Assembly: GCA_026129095.1 (NCBI GenBank)
Contig: JAHCIT010000002.1
Coordinates: 248,001 to 312,000, forward strand
DNA length: 64,000 nt
Source of the DNA: Deltaproteobacteria bacterium
Lineage (GTDB): Bacteria > JAGRBM01 > JAHCIT01
Direction of reading: 5' to 3'
Shown here piece by piece: positions 10,007-20,204 of the stretch. The notes beneath the pieces were generated by a model. It did no database searches, had not been told where the DNA came from, and saw only the letters and a program-made list of their open reading frames with translations. Position 1 is the stretch's first letter. Each line of letters opens with the position of its first letter. The position numbers and the translations under genes are program-made.

Positions 10007-11191
10007 ATGGGCGCACCGCTTGAAGGCATCAAGGTACTTGACCTGTCCCGGCTGCTGCCGGGCCCGTTCTGCACGCAGCTGCTCGCCGACCTGGGCGCGC
10101 GCGTCGTCAAGGTGGAGGACACCCAGGGGGGCGATTACGCCCGCGCCGGGGCCCCGGCCATCGACGGCCAGAGCGCGTTCTACGCCGCCATCAACCGGAA
10201 CAAGCAGTCGATCAAGCTGAACCTGAAGAAGCCCGAGGGCGTCGCCGCCTTCAAGAAGCTGCTGCCGAACTTCGACGTGGTGGTGGACACCTTCCGCCCC
10301 GGCGTCGTGGAAAAGCTCGGCGTGGGCTACGAGACCTGCCGGGCGATCCACCCGAAGGTCGTCTACTGCGCCATCACCGGCTACGGGCAGGACGGCCCCT
10401 ATGCCCAGCGGGCCGGACACGACAACAACTACCTCGCGCTGGCCGGCGTGGGCGGCATCACGGGCGAGCCCGGACGCCGCCCGGTCCTGTGCGGATTCCA
10501 GCTTGCAGACCTGGGCGGAGGCGCGCTGTTCGGCCTTTCGTCGATTCTGGCCGGGCTTCTCCAGGCCCAGCGGACAGGAACCGGAACCTACTGCGACGTC
10601 TCAATGCACGACGGCGCGTTCGCCTTCCTCGCCCCCCACATGGCGGGCTACCTCCAGCAGAAGGATAATGTCCCCGGCCCCAGCACGATGCTCCTGTCGG
10701 GAGCCGTGGTCTGCTACAACATCTACCAGACGAAGGACGGCCGCTACATGTCAGTGGGCTCGCTGGAGCCGAAGTTCTGGCAGGCGTTCTGCCAGGTGAC
10801 GAAGCGGCCGGACATCCAGCCCTTCGCCTTCACGAAAGCCGCCGACGGCGAGAAGGGCTACGAGACTGTCAGGGAACTGTTCCGCTCGAAGACCCAGGCC
10901 GAGTGGGCCGAGCTCCTGAAGGACGCCGACTGCTGCGTCGAGCCAATCTGGGATTTCGCCCAGACGGAAAACGACCCGCAGCTTGCCGCCCGGAAGATGT
11001 GGATCAGCATCAGGAACCGCAAGGGCGAGAGCGTGAAGCTGCCCAGCCACCCGTTCCGGTTCAGCACCGTGGAGAAGAAGTCCGAGGACGCGCCCCCTCC
11101 CCAGTACGGCGAACACACCCAGGCCGTGCTGAAGGAGTTCGGCTTCACCGACGCGGACGTTGCCCAGCTGAAGACCGGCGGCGTAATCTGA
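10007..11191 (+). CDS. CaiB/BaiF family III CoA-transferase, alpha-methylacyl-CoA racemase-like
   Basis: PGPFCTQLLADLGA, NRNKQS, FRPGVVEKLG, GHDNNY, LADLGGG. Confidence 0.9.
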   Translation: MGAPLEGIKVLDLSRLLPGPFCTQLLADLGARVVKVEDTQGGDYARAGAPAIDGQSAFYAAINRNKQSIKLNLKKPEGVAAFKKLLPNFDVVVDTFRPGVVEKLGVGYETCRAIHPKVVYCAITGYGQDGPYAQRAGHDNNYLALAGVGGITGEPGRRPVLCGFQLADLGGGALFGLSSILAGLLQAQRTGTGTYCDVSMHDGAFAFLAPHMAGYLQQKDNVPGPSTMLLSGAVVCYNIYQTKDGRYMSVGSLEPKFWQAFCQVTKRPDIQPFAFTKAADGEKGYETVRELFRSKTQAEWAELLKDADCCVEPIWDFAQTENDPQLAARKMWISIRNRKGESVKLPSHPFRFSTVEKKSEDAPPPQYGEHTQAVLKEFGFTDADVAQLKTGGVI

Positions 11192-11221
11192 CGCCGTTCC
11201 TGCAAGGGAGAGAGCACAGCC

Positions 11222-12106
11222 ATGCACCGGAGCAGAATCTACCGAGACGACCTTCTGGAGGGTAAAAAGGCCATCGTGACCGGCGGCGGCACCGGCATCG
11301 GTGCAGCGATCACCGCCGAGCTCGCCGCCCTGGGATGCGAGGTGTTCATCTGCTCGCGCAAGCAGGAGAACGTGGAACCGGCCGCACGCGAGATCCGGGA
11401 GGCCGTGGGCAAGCACCCCGTCCACTGGGGGCTGTGCGACATCCGCAAGCATGAGGAAGTGGACCGGGTGGTGGACGAGGCCCTCCAGAAGATGGGCCGG
11501 ATCGATTTCCTCGTGAACAACGCCGGGGGACAGTTCCCCTCGCCGGCGGCGGCCTACACCGACAACGGCTGGAACGCCGTCATCGGCAACAACCTCACCG
11601 GCCCCTGGTATTTCACCCAGTCCACGGCGAAGAAGGCCCTGTTCCGCCAGAACGGCGGAAAGGTCATCTTCATTACCGCCGACTGCCACCGCGGAATGCC
11701 GGGACTCGCCCACACGAGCGCCGCCCGCGCCGGGGCGCAGAACCTCGCCATGACGCTGGCGATCGAGTGGGCCTCGTTCAACATCAAGGTGAACTGCGTC
11801 GCCCCCGGAACGGTCTTCTCGACCGGCATGCGCGTCTACCCGAAGGACGTGGTGTTCACCACGGCGCGGCACATTCCGCTGAAACGGCTCGGCAGCGTGG
11901 AGGAGATCGCGCAGGCGGTCACCTATCTCCTGTCGCCCGCCGGCGACTGGATCACCGGGGAGACGCTCAAGATCGACGGCGGGGCACACCTGTGGGGCGA
12001 CCGCTGGCCCATCCCCGACCCGAAGGATTTCGAAAAGACCCACGGGTGGCCGCCGCCCGCGCCGTTCGGCGGCTACGAAGGCCACGACGAGGACAAGAAG
12101 AAGTAG
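11222..12106 (+). CDS. SDR, trans-2-enoyl-CoA reductase (PECR)/AtuB-like
   Basis: TGGGTGIG, NNAGGQF, AHTSAARAG (H-x3-A-R replacing YxxxK). Confidence 0.85.
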   Translation: MHRSRIYRDDLLEGKKAIVTGGGTGIGAAITAELAALGCEVFICSRKQENVEPAAREIREAVGKHPVHWGLCDIRKHEEVDRVVDEALQKMGRIDFLVNNAGGQFPSPAAAYTDNGWNAVIGNNLTGPWYFTQSTAKKALFRQNGGKVIFITADCHRGMPGLAHTSAARAGAQNLAMTLAIEWASFNIKVNCVAPGTVFSTGMRVYPKDVVFTTARHIPLKRLGSVEEIAQAVTYLLSPAGDWITGETLKIDGGAHLWGDRWPIPDPKDFEKTHGWPPPAPFGGYEGHDEDKKK

Positions 12107-12110
12107 CGCC

Positions 12111-12797
12111 ATGCCCGTCCGCTCCCCGGACATCCTGTTCCGAAGCGACGAGATCATCCTCGCGGACAAGCCGGCGGGAATCCTGACGACGGGCGAGAAG
12201 GGCGACCGCGACACGCTCGAAGCCCGGATCCAGGCCGGGTTCGGGCCGGGCGTGAAGGCCCTGCACCGGCTGGACCGGGAGACGAGCGGCGTCGTGGCGC
12301 TGGCGGCAGGCGAGGCGGCGCGCCGCCGGCTGGAGCCGCTGTTCCGCCGCCACGAAACCGAGCGGGTCTATCTCGCGCTGGTGCTCGGCACGTTCAGGGA
12401 AAATGAAGGCAGCCTCCGGAACTACCTCCGCACCGATCCAAGAACCCATACCGAGCAGGTGACCTACAACCCCCGGTTCGGCGTGGAGGCGCGGCTCGGC
12501 TACCGGGTGCTCCAGAGCGCCGGGGGAGCGAGCTTGCTCGAAATCCGGCCCGAAACCGGGCGGACGAACCAGATACGGGTACAGCTCGCCCACGACGGGC
12601 ATCCCGTCATCGGGGACCGCAAGTACGGCAGGGGAAAGATCTATCCGGCGATGGCCAGGCGGACGATGCTGCACGCCCGCTCGCTCGCGCTCCTGCCGCC
12701 CGGCGAAAAGAAGAAGGTCCGCGCCACGAGCCCGCTCCCCGACGACTTCCGCGAGGCGCTCGCCGAACTGGCCATGAGCGCGAAGGGGCTGGGGTAG
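12111..12797 (+). CDS. RluA family pseudouridine synthase
   Basis: DKPAG, HRLDRETSG, TGRTNQIRVQ, GDRKYG, LHA. Confidence 0.92.
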   Translation: MPVRSPDILFRSDEIILADKPAGILTTGEKGDRDTLEARIQAGFGPGVKALHRLDRETSGVVALAAGEAARRRLEPLFRRHETERVYLALVLGTFRENEGSLRNYLRTDPRTHTEQVTYNPRFGVEARLGYRVLQSAGGASLLEIRPETGRTNQIRVQLAHDGHPVIGDRKYGRGKIYPAMARRTMLHARSLALLPPGEKKKVRATSPLPDDFREALAELAMSAKGLG

Positions 12798-12884
12798 CGG
12801 GAATCAAAACTGACGCAGGTCATGCCGGGACGGACGGCCCCCGGGGGCCTTTGGTTCTTCATTCGCACCGGAGCGCGATTTCTG

Positions 12885-12922
12885 TTGACAGCCCAGACTG
12901 ACACGCGTATCAGTCTGGGCTG
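12885..12922 (+). promoter_or_regulatory. Promoter overlapped by 34-bp palindrome (operator candidate)
   Basis: TTGACA (12885) -N17- TATCAG; CAGCCCAGACTGA-N8-TCAGTCTGGGCTG (12889..12922). Confidence 0.65.
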
Positions 12923-12998
12923 ATCTCCGGCCGCCACGCCGGTTCCGCATCCACCGGAACCGGGCGGCTGGACCCCGAAATCCCCGAAGGAAACCGGC

Positions 12999-14240
12999 AT
13001 GTTCGAGCTATCAGAACCCAACAAGATGGTCATGCAGATGGTCCGCCAGTGGTGCCAGAAGAACCTCTTTCCGGCGCTGCCGAAGCTCGAAACGGGGGAG
13101 ATGCTCCCCTACGACCTGATCCGGGGCATGTCGAGGCAGTTCGGCCTCGACATGATGGCGAAAACCTCGCTGCAGAAGCGGGTGAAGAAGCTGCGCGAGA
13201 TCGAGAGCGGCGCCGCAACGGCGCCGGAGGGCGGCAACCTCGCCGAGATGATGGGCGACGGCGGCGGCGACCCGATGATGATGGCGGTGGTCCTGAAGGA
13301 ACTGTCGCGGTGCTCGCCGGGATTCACGATGACCTGGGGCGCGTCCATCGGCCTTGCCGGCGGCGCCATTATCTCCAAGGGCACGGCCGGCCAGATCGAG
13401 AAATACGGCATCCCGCTGGCGACGATCGAGAAGATCGGCGCGTGGGGCCTCACCGAACCCGGCGCGGGTTCCGACGCCTTCGGCTCGATGAAGACGACGG
13501 CGCGGCCCGACGGCGACTGCTACGTCCTGAACGGGCAGAAGACCTTCATCACCAACGGCCCCCATGCGGACATCTATGTCATCTATGCGAAGCTGGACCG
13601 CGGCCGTCCGGGCGAGGAGATGCCGGTCAACACGTTCATCGTCGAGCGCGGCACGCCGGGGTTCACCCAGGGCAAGCCGTTCAAGAAGATGGGAATGAGG
13701 GACAGCCCGACGGGCGAGCTGTTCTTCGACAACGTACGGGTGCCGAAGGCGAACCTGCTCGGCGGCAAGGAGAAATCGGCCGAGGGGCGGGCCGACACCA
13801 AGGAGTCCCTTGGCAACGAGCGGTCGGGGATTCCCGCCATCGCCTGGGGCATCATGGAGGAGTGCTACGAGCGGTCACTGAAATACGTGCGGGAGCGTCA
13901 CCAGTTCGGCCGCCCGGTGGGCGAGTTCCAGGCGGTTCAGCTCGATATCGCCGACATGTACGTGAAGATGAAGAATGTCGAGAATATCGTTTACCGGACG
14001 GCGTGGATACAGAAGCAGGGCATACGCGACGCGGCCTTCATCAACGCGACCAAGGCCTACTGCTCGCAGGCCTGCCTCGACGTGACCCTGCGTGCGATCC
14101 AGCTCCACGGCGGCTACGGCTACATGGAGGAGTACCACATCGAGAAGCTCGCCCGCGACGCCAAGCTCCTCGAAATCGGGGCCGGGACGACCCACATCAA
14201 CTACATGGCGGCTGCGCGGACATTGCTCGAAGTGCAGTGA
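12999..14240 (+). CDS. Acyl-CoA dehydrogenase
   Basis: LTEPGAGSD, NGQKTFITNG, R.QFGRP, QLHGGYGY, RDAKLLEIGAGT. Confidence 0.95.
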   Translation: MFELSEPNKMVMQMVRQWCQKNLFPALPKLETGEMLPYDLIRGMSRQFGLDMMAKTSLQKRVKKLREIESGAATAPEGGNLAEMMGDGGGDPMMMAVVLKELSRCSPGFTMTWGASIGLAGGAIISKGTAGQIEKYGIPLATIEKIGAWGLTEPGAGSDAFGSMKTTARPDGDCYVLNGQKTFITNGPHADIYVIYAKLDRGRPGEEMPVNTFIVERGTPGFTQGKPFKKMGMRDSPTGELFFDNVRVPKANLLGGKEKSAEGRADTKESLGNERSGIPAIAWGIMEECYERSLKYVRERHQFGRPVGEFQAVQLDIADMYVKMKNVENIVYRTAWIQKQGIRDAAFINATKAYCSQACLDVTLRAIQLHGGYGYMEEYHIEKLARDAKLLEIGAGTTHINYMAAARTLLEVQ

Positions 14241-14248
14241 GGTTCCCC

Positions 14249-14704
14249 TCACCCGGTCTTGTCGGCGTCGCCGAACAGGCGGGCGCGGCGGCGTTCGATG
14301 TGGTCGAGGATGGAGCGGGCCAGTTCGCCAAGCGGGTTGGTTTCCAGGGCGCGGAGGGCGGCCTGCCGGGCTTCTTCCAGCTGGTTGCGGAAGAAGTAGA
14401 TCTGCGCCTCGATCTCGTGGGCAATAACCTGCCGTCCGTCACTGCTGAGGGCGCGGCGGGTGGCATCCAGCGCCTCGTCATACCGGTTCGCCATGTAGAG
14501 AAGCTGCGCCCGCACCGCCTCGGCCGAGGCGTCGGCCATCTCGCCCGCGTAGCCGCTCAGGCGGGAGAGCACGTCCCCGAAGGCGGACAGATCCTCCTCG
14601 ATGAGCGCCCGGCGGCCCTCTTCGAGCAGGCGGGTGAAATCCGGTACAGCCACAGCGATGCCCTCTGCCGTTTCTGACAAAAACCCTGATGAAGACCCCT
14701 TCAT
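14249..14704 (-). CDS. Small TPR-like helical protein
   Basis: AQLLYMANRYDEAL / AQIYFFRNQLEEAR..A.RALETNP; start uncertain. Confidence 0.6.
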   Translation of the reverse strand: MKGSSSGFLSETAEGIAVAVPDFTRLLEEGRRALIEEDLSAFGDVLSRLSGYAGEMADASAEAVRAQLLYMANRYDEALDATRRALSSDGRQVIAHEIEAQIYFFRNQLEEARQAALRALETNPLGELARSILDHIERRRARLFGDADKTG

Positions 14705-14781
14705 TGTGACCGGAACCGGCCGCCGTGGCAAAAGGGGCCGCCACCACACTTGGACCCGCGCCTGTGCTACGGTCCCCGGCA

Positions 14782-16536
14782 ATGCCGCGCCGACTGCCGC
14801 TCCTTACTGCCCTCCTGGCCCTTACCGCCGCCTGCGCCCGCCTGGGCCCGGCGCCAGAGTCCGGCCAGGTCATGGCCGGGGCCGATGCCCGCCGGGAGGC
14901 CGATGGCCGCGCTTTTGCGCGGTTTTTCGACGGGGAGATGCTGCTCCGCATGGGGGATATCGCCGGGGCCGAGGCCGCCTTCCTCGAAGCCGCGCAGTTC
15001 GACCCCGCCTCGTCCGAAATCCAGCTCCGGCTGTGCCAGATCTACCAGCACCGGGGACAGCTTGAGCTTGCCGAGGAGACAGCCAGCCGCGCCGTGGAAC
15101 TGGATGTCCGGAGCGTCGAGGCGCGCCTCAAGTACGCCCAGCTCCTGACGGCCCGGCGGGCGTTCCCTGACGCCCTGATCCAGCTCGGAGCGGCGCTCGA
15201 AGTCGAGCCGGGGAACACCGCCGTGCTGCTCCAGAAGGGGGCCGTCGAGATGAGCATCGGGCGGCTCGAAGCGGCCCGCAAGACCTACGAGCGGATCACC
15301 GCCGCCGAGCCGATGAACGCCGTGGCCCTCTACTCGCTGGCGCAGATCTACGCCGCCCAGGGGAACATCCCCGCCGCCGAGGCGTTCTATCTCCAGACGA
15401 CCGAAGCCGCTCCGCGGTTCAAGCGGGCCTACGTGGACCTGTTCCTGCTCTATGACCAGTACGGACAGAAGCAGAAGGCCCTCGCCCTGCTGCGGAAACT
15501 GGTCGAGGAGGTGGACCCGGACAACGAGGAACTCCGGCGGCTCTACAGCTCGGCGCTCATCAACGAGGGCAAGCTGGACGAGGCGGTGCGGGTGCTGGAG
15601 AAGGAGCGGGAGATCCAGCCCGGCAACCTCGATGTGCTGGCCCGGCTCGGTTACGCGCAGTTCGAGCAGCGCAACTTCGAGGCGGCCATCGAGCAGTTCC
15701 GGCTGGTGCTGGCCCGCGACCCGGACAATCACGCAGTCCGCTACTATCTCGGCCTGTCGCTGGACGCCATGGGCGCGGGCGAAGCGGCCATCGCCGAGCT
15801 GTCGAACATCCCGGTCGGCGCCTCCGTGTACCCCGACTCCCTCCTCTACCGGGCCTACGTGCTGGAAAAGCTGGGCCGGAACTCCGAGGCGGTCGATTCG
15901 ATCCGGGAGGCCATCGCCGTCAGGCCCGAGGAGCCCCGCTACCCCGAATACCTCGCGTCGCTGCTGCTCCGGGCCGGACGGCGGGCCGAGGGAATCGACA
16001 CCGCCCGCAAGGCACTGGAACAGTTCCCACAGTCGGTAAGGCTCCTCGTCGTGCTCGCCTACCTGCTGGAAAAGGAGGATTTCGACGAGTCGATCCGGGT
16101 CATGCAACGGGTCCTGGACATCGAGCCCAAGAACGCCGAGGCACTGAACTTCATCGGCTACAGCTGGGCCGACCGCGGGATGCATCTCGACCGGGCCGAG
16201 GCGATGATCCGGCAGGCACTGGAACTGATGCCCGAGGACGGCAACATCACCGATTCGCTGGGGTGGGTGCTCTACAAGCGGGGCAAGTTCGCCGAGGCGC
16301 TCGAAGTCCTCAAGAAGGCCGCCGACATGTCCCCCGGCGTGGCGGAAATCCGCGACCATGTGGGTGACGCCTACCTGGCCACCGGAAACCGGGAGAAGGC
16401 CCTCAGTTCGTGGCGGCAGGCGCTGGACCTCAATCCCGACCCCGACATGCGCGAGCGGATCCAGCAGAAGATCCGGGAACATTCGGCAGTTTCGCCGGAA
16501 CCTCCGAAAAAACCCTCCCCCGGAAAGAAGAAGTAG
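14782..16536 (+). CDS. TPR-repeat lipoprotein
   Basis: Lipobox TAAC; many TPRs including ALNFIGYSWADRG...DSLGWVLYKRG...DHVGDAY. Confidence 0.9.
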   Translation: MPRRLPLLTALLALTAACARLGPAPESGQVMAGADARREADGRAFARFFDGEMLLRMGDIAGAEAAFLEAAQFDPASSEIQLRLCQIYQHRGQLELAEETASRAVELDVRSVEARLKYAQLLTARRAFPDALIQLGAALEVEPGNTAVLLQKGAVEMSIGRLEAARKTYERITAAEPMNAVALYSLAQIYAAQGNIPAAEAFYLQTTEAAPRFKRAYVDLFLLYDQYGQKQKALALLRKLVEEVDPDNEELRRLYSSALINEGKLDEAVRVLEKEREIQPGNLDVLARLGYAQFEQRNFEAAIEQFRLVLARDPDNHAVRYYLGLSLDAMGAGEAAIAELSNIPVGASVYPDSLLYRAYVLEKLGRNSEAVDSIREAIAVRPEEPRYPEYLASLLLRAGRRAEGIDTARKALEQFPQSVRLLVVLAYLLEKEDFDESIRVMQRVLDIEPKNAEALNFIGYSWADRGMHLDRAEAMIRQALELMPEDGNITDSLGWVLYKRGKFAEALEVLKKAADMSPGVAEIRDHVGDAYLATGNREKALSSWRQALDLNPDPDMRERIQQKIREHSAVSPEPPKKPSPGKKK

Positions 16537-16542
16537 CCGCGC

Positions 16543-17397
16543 ATGGATTTCTCACGGAGACTTGCGATGGCCTGCGCGATCATCTGCGTGGCGGCGGTTT
16601 TTTCCGGTGCCTGTGTCTGGAAGGTGGCGCCCGAGCGGCCGCTCGTCTGGACCCCGATGGACGGCACGGACGCCGCCGCCACGGCCGTCGAGGCGCGCCG
16701 CGCGCTCGTCCGGGGCCTCTATGCCAGCGCACGGGCGAAGCTGGTGACGCCGGAGCGAGACACGGTTTTCTCCGAGGAGCTGGCCATCCGCGCGCCCTGC
16801 GCCTTCCGGATCACGGTGCTGGGGCTCTTCGACCGGCCGCAGGCCTACCTCGCCAGCAACTGCGAGGAGATCGCCATGCACGACGTGGGCAGCCGCCGGT
16901 TCTTCACCGGGACGATCGAGCAGGGAATGATGCTCGACCAGTTTCCGGTCCCCCTGAAGGCCGAGGAGATCGTCGCCTCCCTGCTCGGCATTCCCTACGG
17001 CTTCGCCGAGGCCGCCGCCGGCGGCGAGGCGACAGGCCCCATCGAGGATCCGCAGAAGCGGGGCTGGCGCGTGGAACACCGGGGCGCCGGGGCGGCCGAG
17101 ACCGACATCTACTGGTTCGACTCCGAGACGCACCACCCGGTCCGCTGGGCGCGGTCGGGCCCAAGAGGCGAGTTCGTGGCCGTGGAGTGGGACCAGTGGG
17201 GGCCGGCCTCCGGCAGCTGGGCCATCGAGCTGCCCCGGATCGTCCGCATCGCCCTGATCCAGCGGGGGCTCATGCTGGAACTTGCCTTCCGCGACGTGGA
17301 GATGAACCCCGGCGACCTGGATGAAAGCCTTTTCACCCTGAAGCCGCCCAGGGGAATCACGCCGGAACCGCTTGGCCAGCCCGGTCTGGCGCAATAG
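16543..17397 (+). CDS. Lipoprotein, LolA/LolB-fold (DUF4292-like)
   Basis: Lipobox SGAC; beta-rich; C-terminal FTLKPPRG; follows TPR gene. Confidence 0.55.
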   Translation: MDFSRRLAMACAIICVAAVFSGACVWKVAPERPLVWTPMDGTDAAATAVEARRALVRGLYASARAKLVTPERDTVFSEELAIRAPCAFRITVLGLFDRPQAYLASNCEEIAMHDVGSRRFFTGTIEQGMMLDQFPVPLKAEEIVASLLGIPYGFAEAAAGGEATGPIEDPQKRGWRVEHRGAGAAETDIYWFDSETHHPVRWARSGPRGEFVAVEWDQWGPASGSWAIELPRIVRIALIQRGLMLELAFRDVEMNPGDLDESLFTLKPPRGITPEPLGQPGLAQ

Positions 17398-17445
17398 GCT
17401 TCCATCCACACCCGCCCCGCTGGCGAATACCGAGGTAACTCTCCC

Positions 17446-19179
17446 TTGAAAACCCATCCGATCGTGCTGGCGCTTTGCCTGTCTTTCGCCCTCGCCCTCT
17501 CCACGGCCGCCACCGGCTGCAAGACGACCCGGGGAACCCGGCCCGCGGAAGAAGCAGGGGCGGCAGCCGGGGCGCAGCCTTCGCTTCCGGCGGTCGCCAC
17601 CGAAGTCTCCGCCGAAGGAGAACCGGTGAGCGGCGACTGGCTGGTGAGAAACCTCGGAAGCAACCCGCCCACGCTGAACCCCATCCTGTCGAACGACACG
17701 TCATCGGGCGCGGTGCTCGCCTTCCTGTTCGAGTCGCTGGTGGAGCGCGACCTGAAGACCCTGGACTACAAGCCGCTGCTCGCCGAGAGCTGGACCGTGG
17801 GCGAGGACCAGAGGACGTTCACCTTCAGGATCCGGCAGGGGGTGAAGTTCCACGACGGCACCCCCATGACGATCGAGGACGTGGTTTTTTCCTACGAGCG
17901 GATGCTGGATCCCGAAGTGGATGCCGCCGAGAAGCGGTCCTACTTCTCGCAGCTCGAACACATCCGGCAAACGGGCCCCGACACCATCGAGTGCAAGTAC
18001 AAGGAAGTGTATTTCCTTGCGCTCGCCATCTGCGGCTCGGTGGAGATCATCCCCAGGCACTACTACGGCGGAGCAAAGGGCAAGGCGTTCAACACCCAGC
18101 CCGCCAACGAAAAGCCGGTCGGCACCGGCCCCCTCCGGTTCGTCGAGTGGAAGCGCGGCGAAACGCTGACGCTGGCACGGTTCGACGGCTACTGGGGGCC
18201 GAAGGACCAGCAGCTCAACGTGGAGCGGATGCTGTTCCGGTTCATCGTCGATCCCGAGGCTGAGTTCATCAACTTCACCAAGGGCGACCAGGACACACTC
18301 GCCGTCCGGCCGGAAAAATGGTTCCGCGAGGCGGCCGAGCCCGGTTTCGCGTCGAAGTTCCACCGTCTGGAGTTCGACTTCCCGGCCTATTTCTACATCG
18401 GCTGGAACATGCGAAAGCCGCAGTTCGCCGACGCGAATACCCGCGTCGCCCTGCATCACCTGATCGACCGCGACCTGATCGCCCGGCAGATCTACCGGGG
18501 GCTCGCCCGGCCGATCAACAGCATCGAGTTCGACAAGTCGCCCTACTGGAACCCCCATCTTGCGACACGGACCTACGACCCGCAGAAGGCGGCCGCCCTG
18601 CTCGCCCAGGCGGGCTGGACCGACAGCGACGGCGACGGAATCCTGGACCGGGACGGGCAGCGGCTGGAGTTCACGCTGCTGATCGTGCAGGGGAACCCCG
18701 AGGGCGAGCAGCTCGCCACCAACTTCCAGGACACGCTGAAGCGCGCCGGAATCAGGCTGAACATCGCCATGCTGGACTGGGCGAACCTGCTGAAGAAACT
18801 GGACAAGCGCGACTTCGACGCCGCCATGCTGGGCTGGGCCCTGTCGGTCGATCCTGACCCCTACCAGCTCTGGCACTCGTCCCAGGCCGGTATCGAGGGG
18901 AGCAGCAACTATCCCGGTTTTCGCAACCCCCGCGTGGACGAGCTGATCGAGATGAACCGGAGGGAACTGGACCGCGACCGGCGGATCCCCATCCTTCAGG
19001 AGATCCAGAAGATCATCTACGACGAGGCTCCGTATCTCTTCCTGTTCAGCCGGAGATCAACGCTGGCCGTCTCGAACCGGTTCCGGAACATCCGGTTCTA
19101 CACCCCCCGGCCCTGCATCGACTACCGGGAGTGGTTCGTCCCCCGGCAGCTCCAGAAATACACTCCCGTGTCGCCGTGA
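17446..19179 (+). CDS. Peptide ABC transporter substrate-binding lipoprotein (family 5)
   Basis: Lipobox ATGC; PLLAESW, FHDGTPMTIEDVVFSY, GTGP, AGWTDSDGDGILDRDG. Confidence 0.93.
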   Translation: MKTHPIVLALCLSFALALSTAATGCKTTRGTRPAEEAGAAAGAQPSLPAVATEVSAEGEPVSGDWLVRNLGSNPPTLNPILSNDTSSGAVLAFLFESLVERDLKTLDYKPLLAESWTVGEDQRTFTFRIRQGVKFHDGTPMTIEDVVFSYERMLDPEVDAAEKRSYFSQLEHIRQTGPDTIECKYKEVYFLALAICGSVEIIPRHYYGGAKGKAFNTQPANEKPVGTGPLRFVEWKRGETLTLARFDGYWGPKDQQLNVERMLFRFIVDPEAEFINFTKGDQDTLAVRPEKWFREAAEPGFASKFHRLEFDFPAYFYIGWNMRKPQFADANTRVALHHLIDRDLIARQIYRGLARPINSIEFDKSPYWNPHLATRTYDPQKAAALLAQAGWTDSDGDGILDRDGQRLEFTLLIVQGNPEGEQLATNFQDTLKRAGIRLNIAMLDWANLLKKLDKRDFDAAMLGWALSVDPDPYQLWHSSQAGIEGSSNYPGFRNPRVDELIEMNRRELDRDRRIPILQEIQKIIYDEAPYLFLFSRRSTLAVSNRFRNIRFYTPRPCIDYREWFVPRQLQKYTPVSP

Positions 19180-19196
19180 GTTAGGGTCCGGACCCG

Positions 19197-20204
19197 GTGC
19201 GCACGTATCTCATCCGTCGGTTCCTGCTGATGATCCCGACCCTGTTCGGGATCACGCTCATCACCTTCTTCATCATGAAGGCGGCGCCGGGAGACACGGC
19301 GACGCTCCGGGCGGCCTCGGCCGTGCAGGGCGAAACCGATCCGGCCGTGCGGGAACAGATCCTGCGCGAGGTCCGGGCGCTGTACGGGGACGACCAGCCG
19401 CTCCTCGTCCAGTACGGCACCTGGCTGAAGCGGATCATCACGTTCGATTTCGGCGAGAGCCGCCTCTACCGGCGGCCCGTCATGGACACGATACTCGACG
19501 CCCTGCCGGTCACACTCGCCCTGAACGTGATCTCGGTGTTCATCATCTACCTTATCACGGTCCCCTGGGGGGTGTATTCATCCACCATCGTCGGAAAGAA
19601 GCTGGACGTGGCCGTTTCCACCGTCCTGTTCCTTCTCTACTCGATCCCCTCGTTCTGGGGAGCGATGATGCTGGTGCTGTTCTTCGCCAGCGGCATCTAT
19701 TTCGACTGGTTCCCGGTCACGGGGATCCGGTCGGTGGGCGCGGAGAGCTGGCCCTGGTGGCGGCAACTGGCCGACTACGCCCGCCACTTCACGCTGCCCG
19801 TCTTCTGCTATGTCTATGGGAGCCTCGCGTTCCTCTCCCGGTTCGTCCGCTCGACGATGCTCGAAAACCTGTCGGCCGACCACGTCCGCACGGCCCGCGC
19901 CAAGGGGCTGTCCGAGACGGCCGTGCTGCTCCATCACGCCTTCAGGACCGGCCTCATCCCCATCGTCACCCTGCTCGGCTACCTGCTTCCGGGGCTGATC
20001 GGCGGCTCGGTCATCATCGAGAGCATCTTCAGCATACCGGGGCTGGGGCGCCTGGGGTTCGATGCGATCCTCAACTACGACTACCCGCTCATCATGGCCA
20101 TCACGACCATTTCGGCCCTGCTGACGCTGGCCGGGATGCTGCTCTCCGATTTCCTCTACTCCGTGGTCGATCCCCGGATCCGGTTCGACGGGGAGCGGAC
20201 ATGA
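19197..20204 (+). CDS. Peptide ABC transporter permease (OppB/DppB-like)
   Basis: [30 protein letters not shown]. Confidence 0.93.
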   Translation: MRTYLIRRFLLMIPTLFGITLITFFIMKAAPGDTATLRAASAVQGETDPAVREQILREVRALYGDDQPLLVQYGTWLKRIITFDFGESRLYRRPVMDTILDALPVTLALNVISVFIIYLITVPWGVYSSTIVGKKLDVAVSTVLFLLYSIPSFWGAMMLVLFFASGIYFDWFPVTGIRSVGAESWPWWRQLADYARHFTLPVFCYVYGSLAFLSRFVRSTMLENLSADHVRTARAKGLSETAVLLHHAFRTGLIPIVTLLGYLLPGLIGGSVIIESIFSIPGLGRLGFDAILNYDYPLIMAITTISALLTLAGMLLSDFLYSVVDPRIRFDGERT

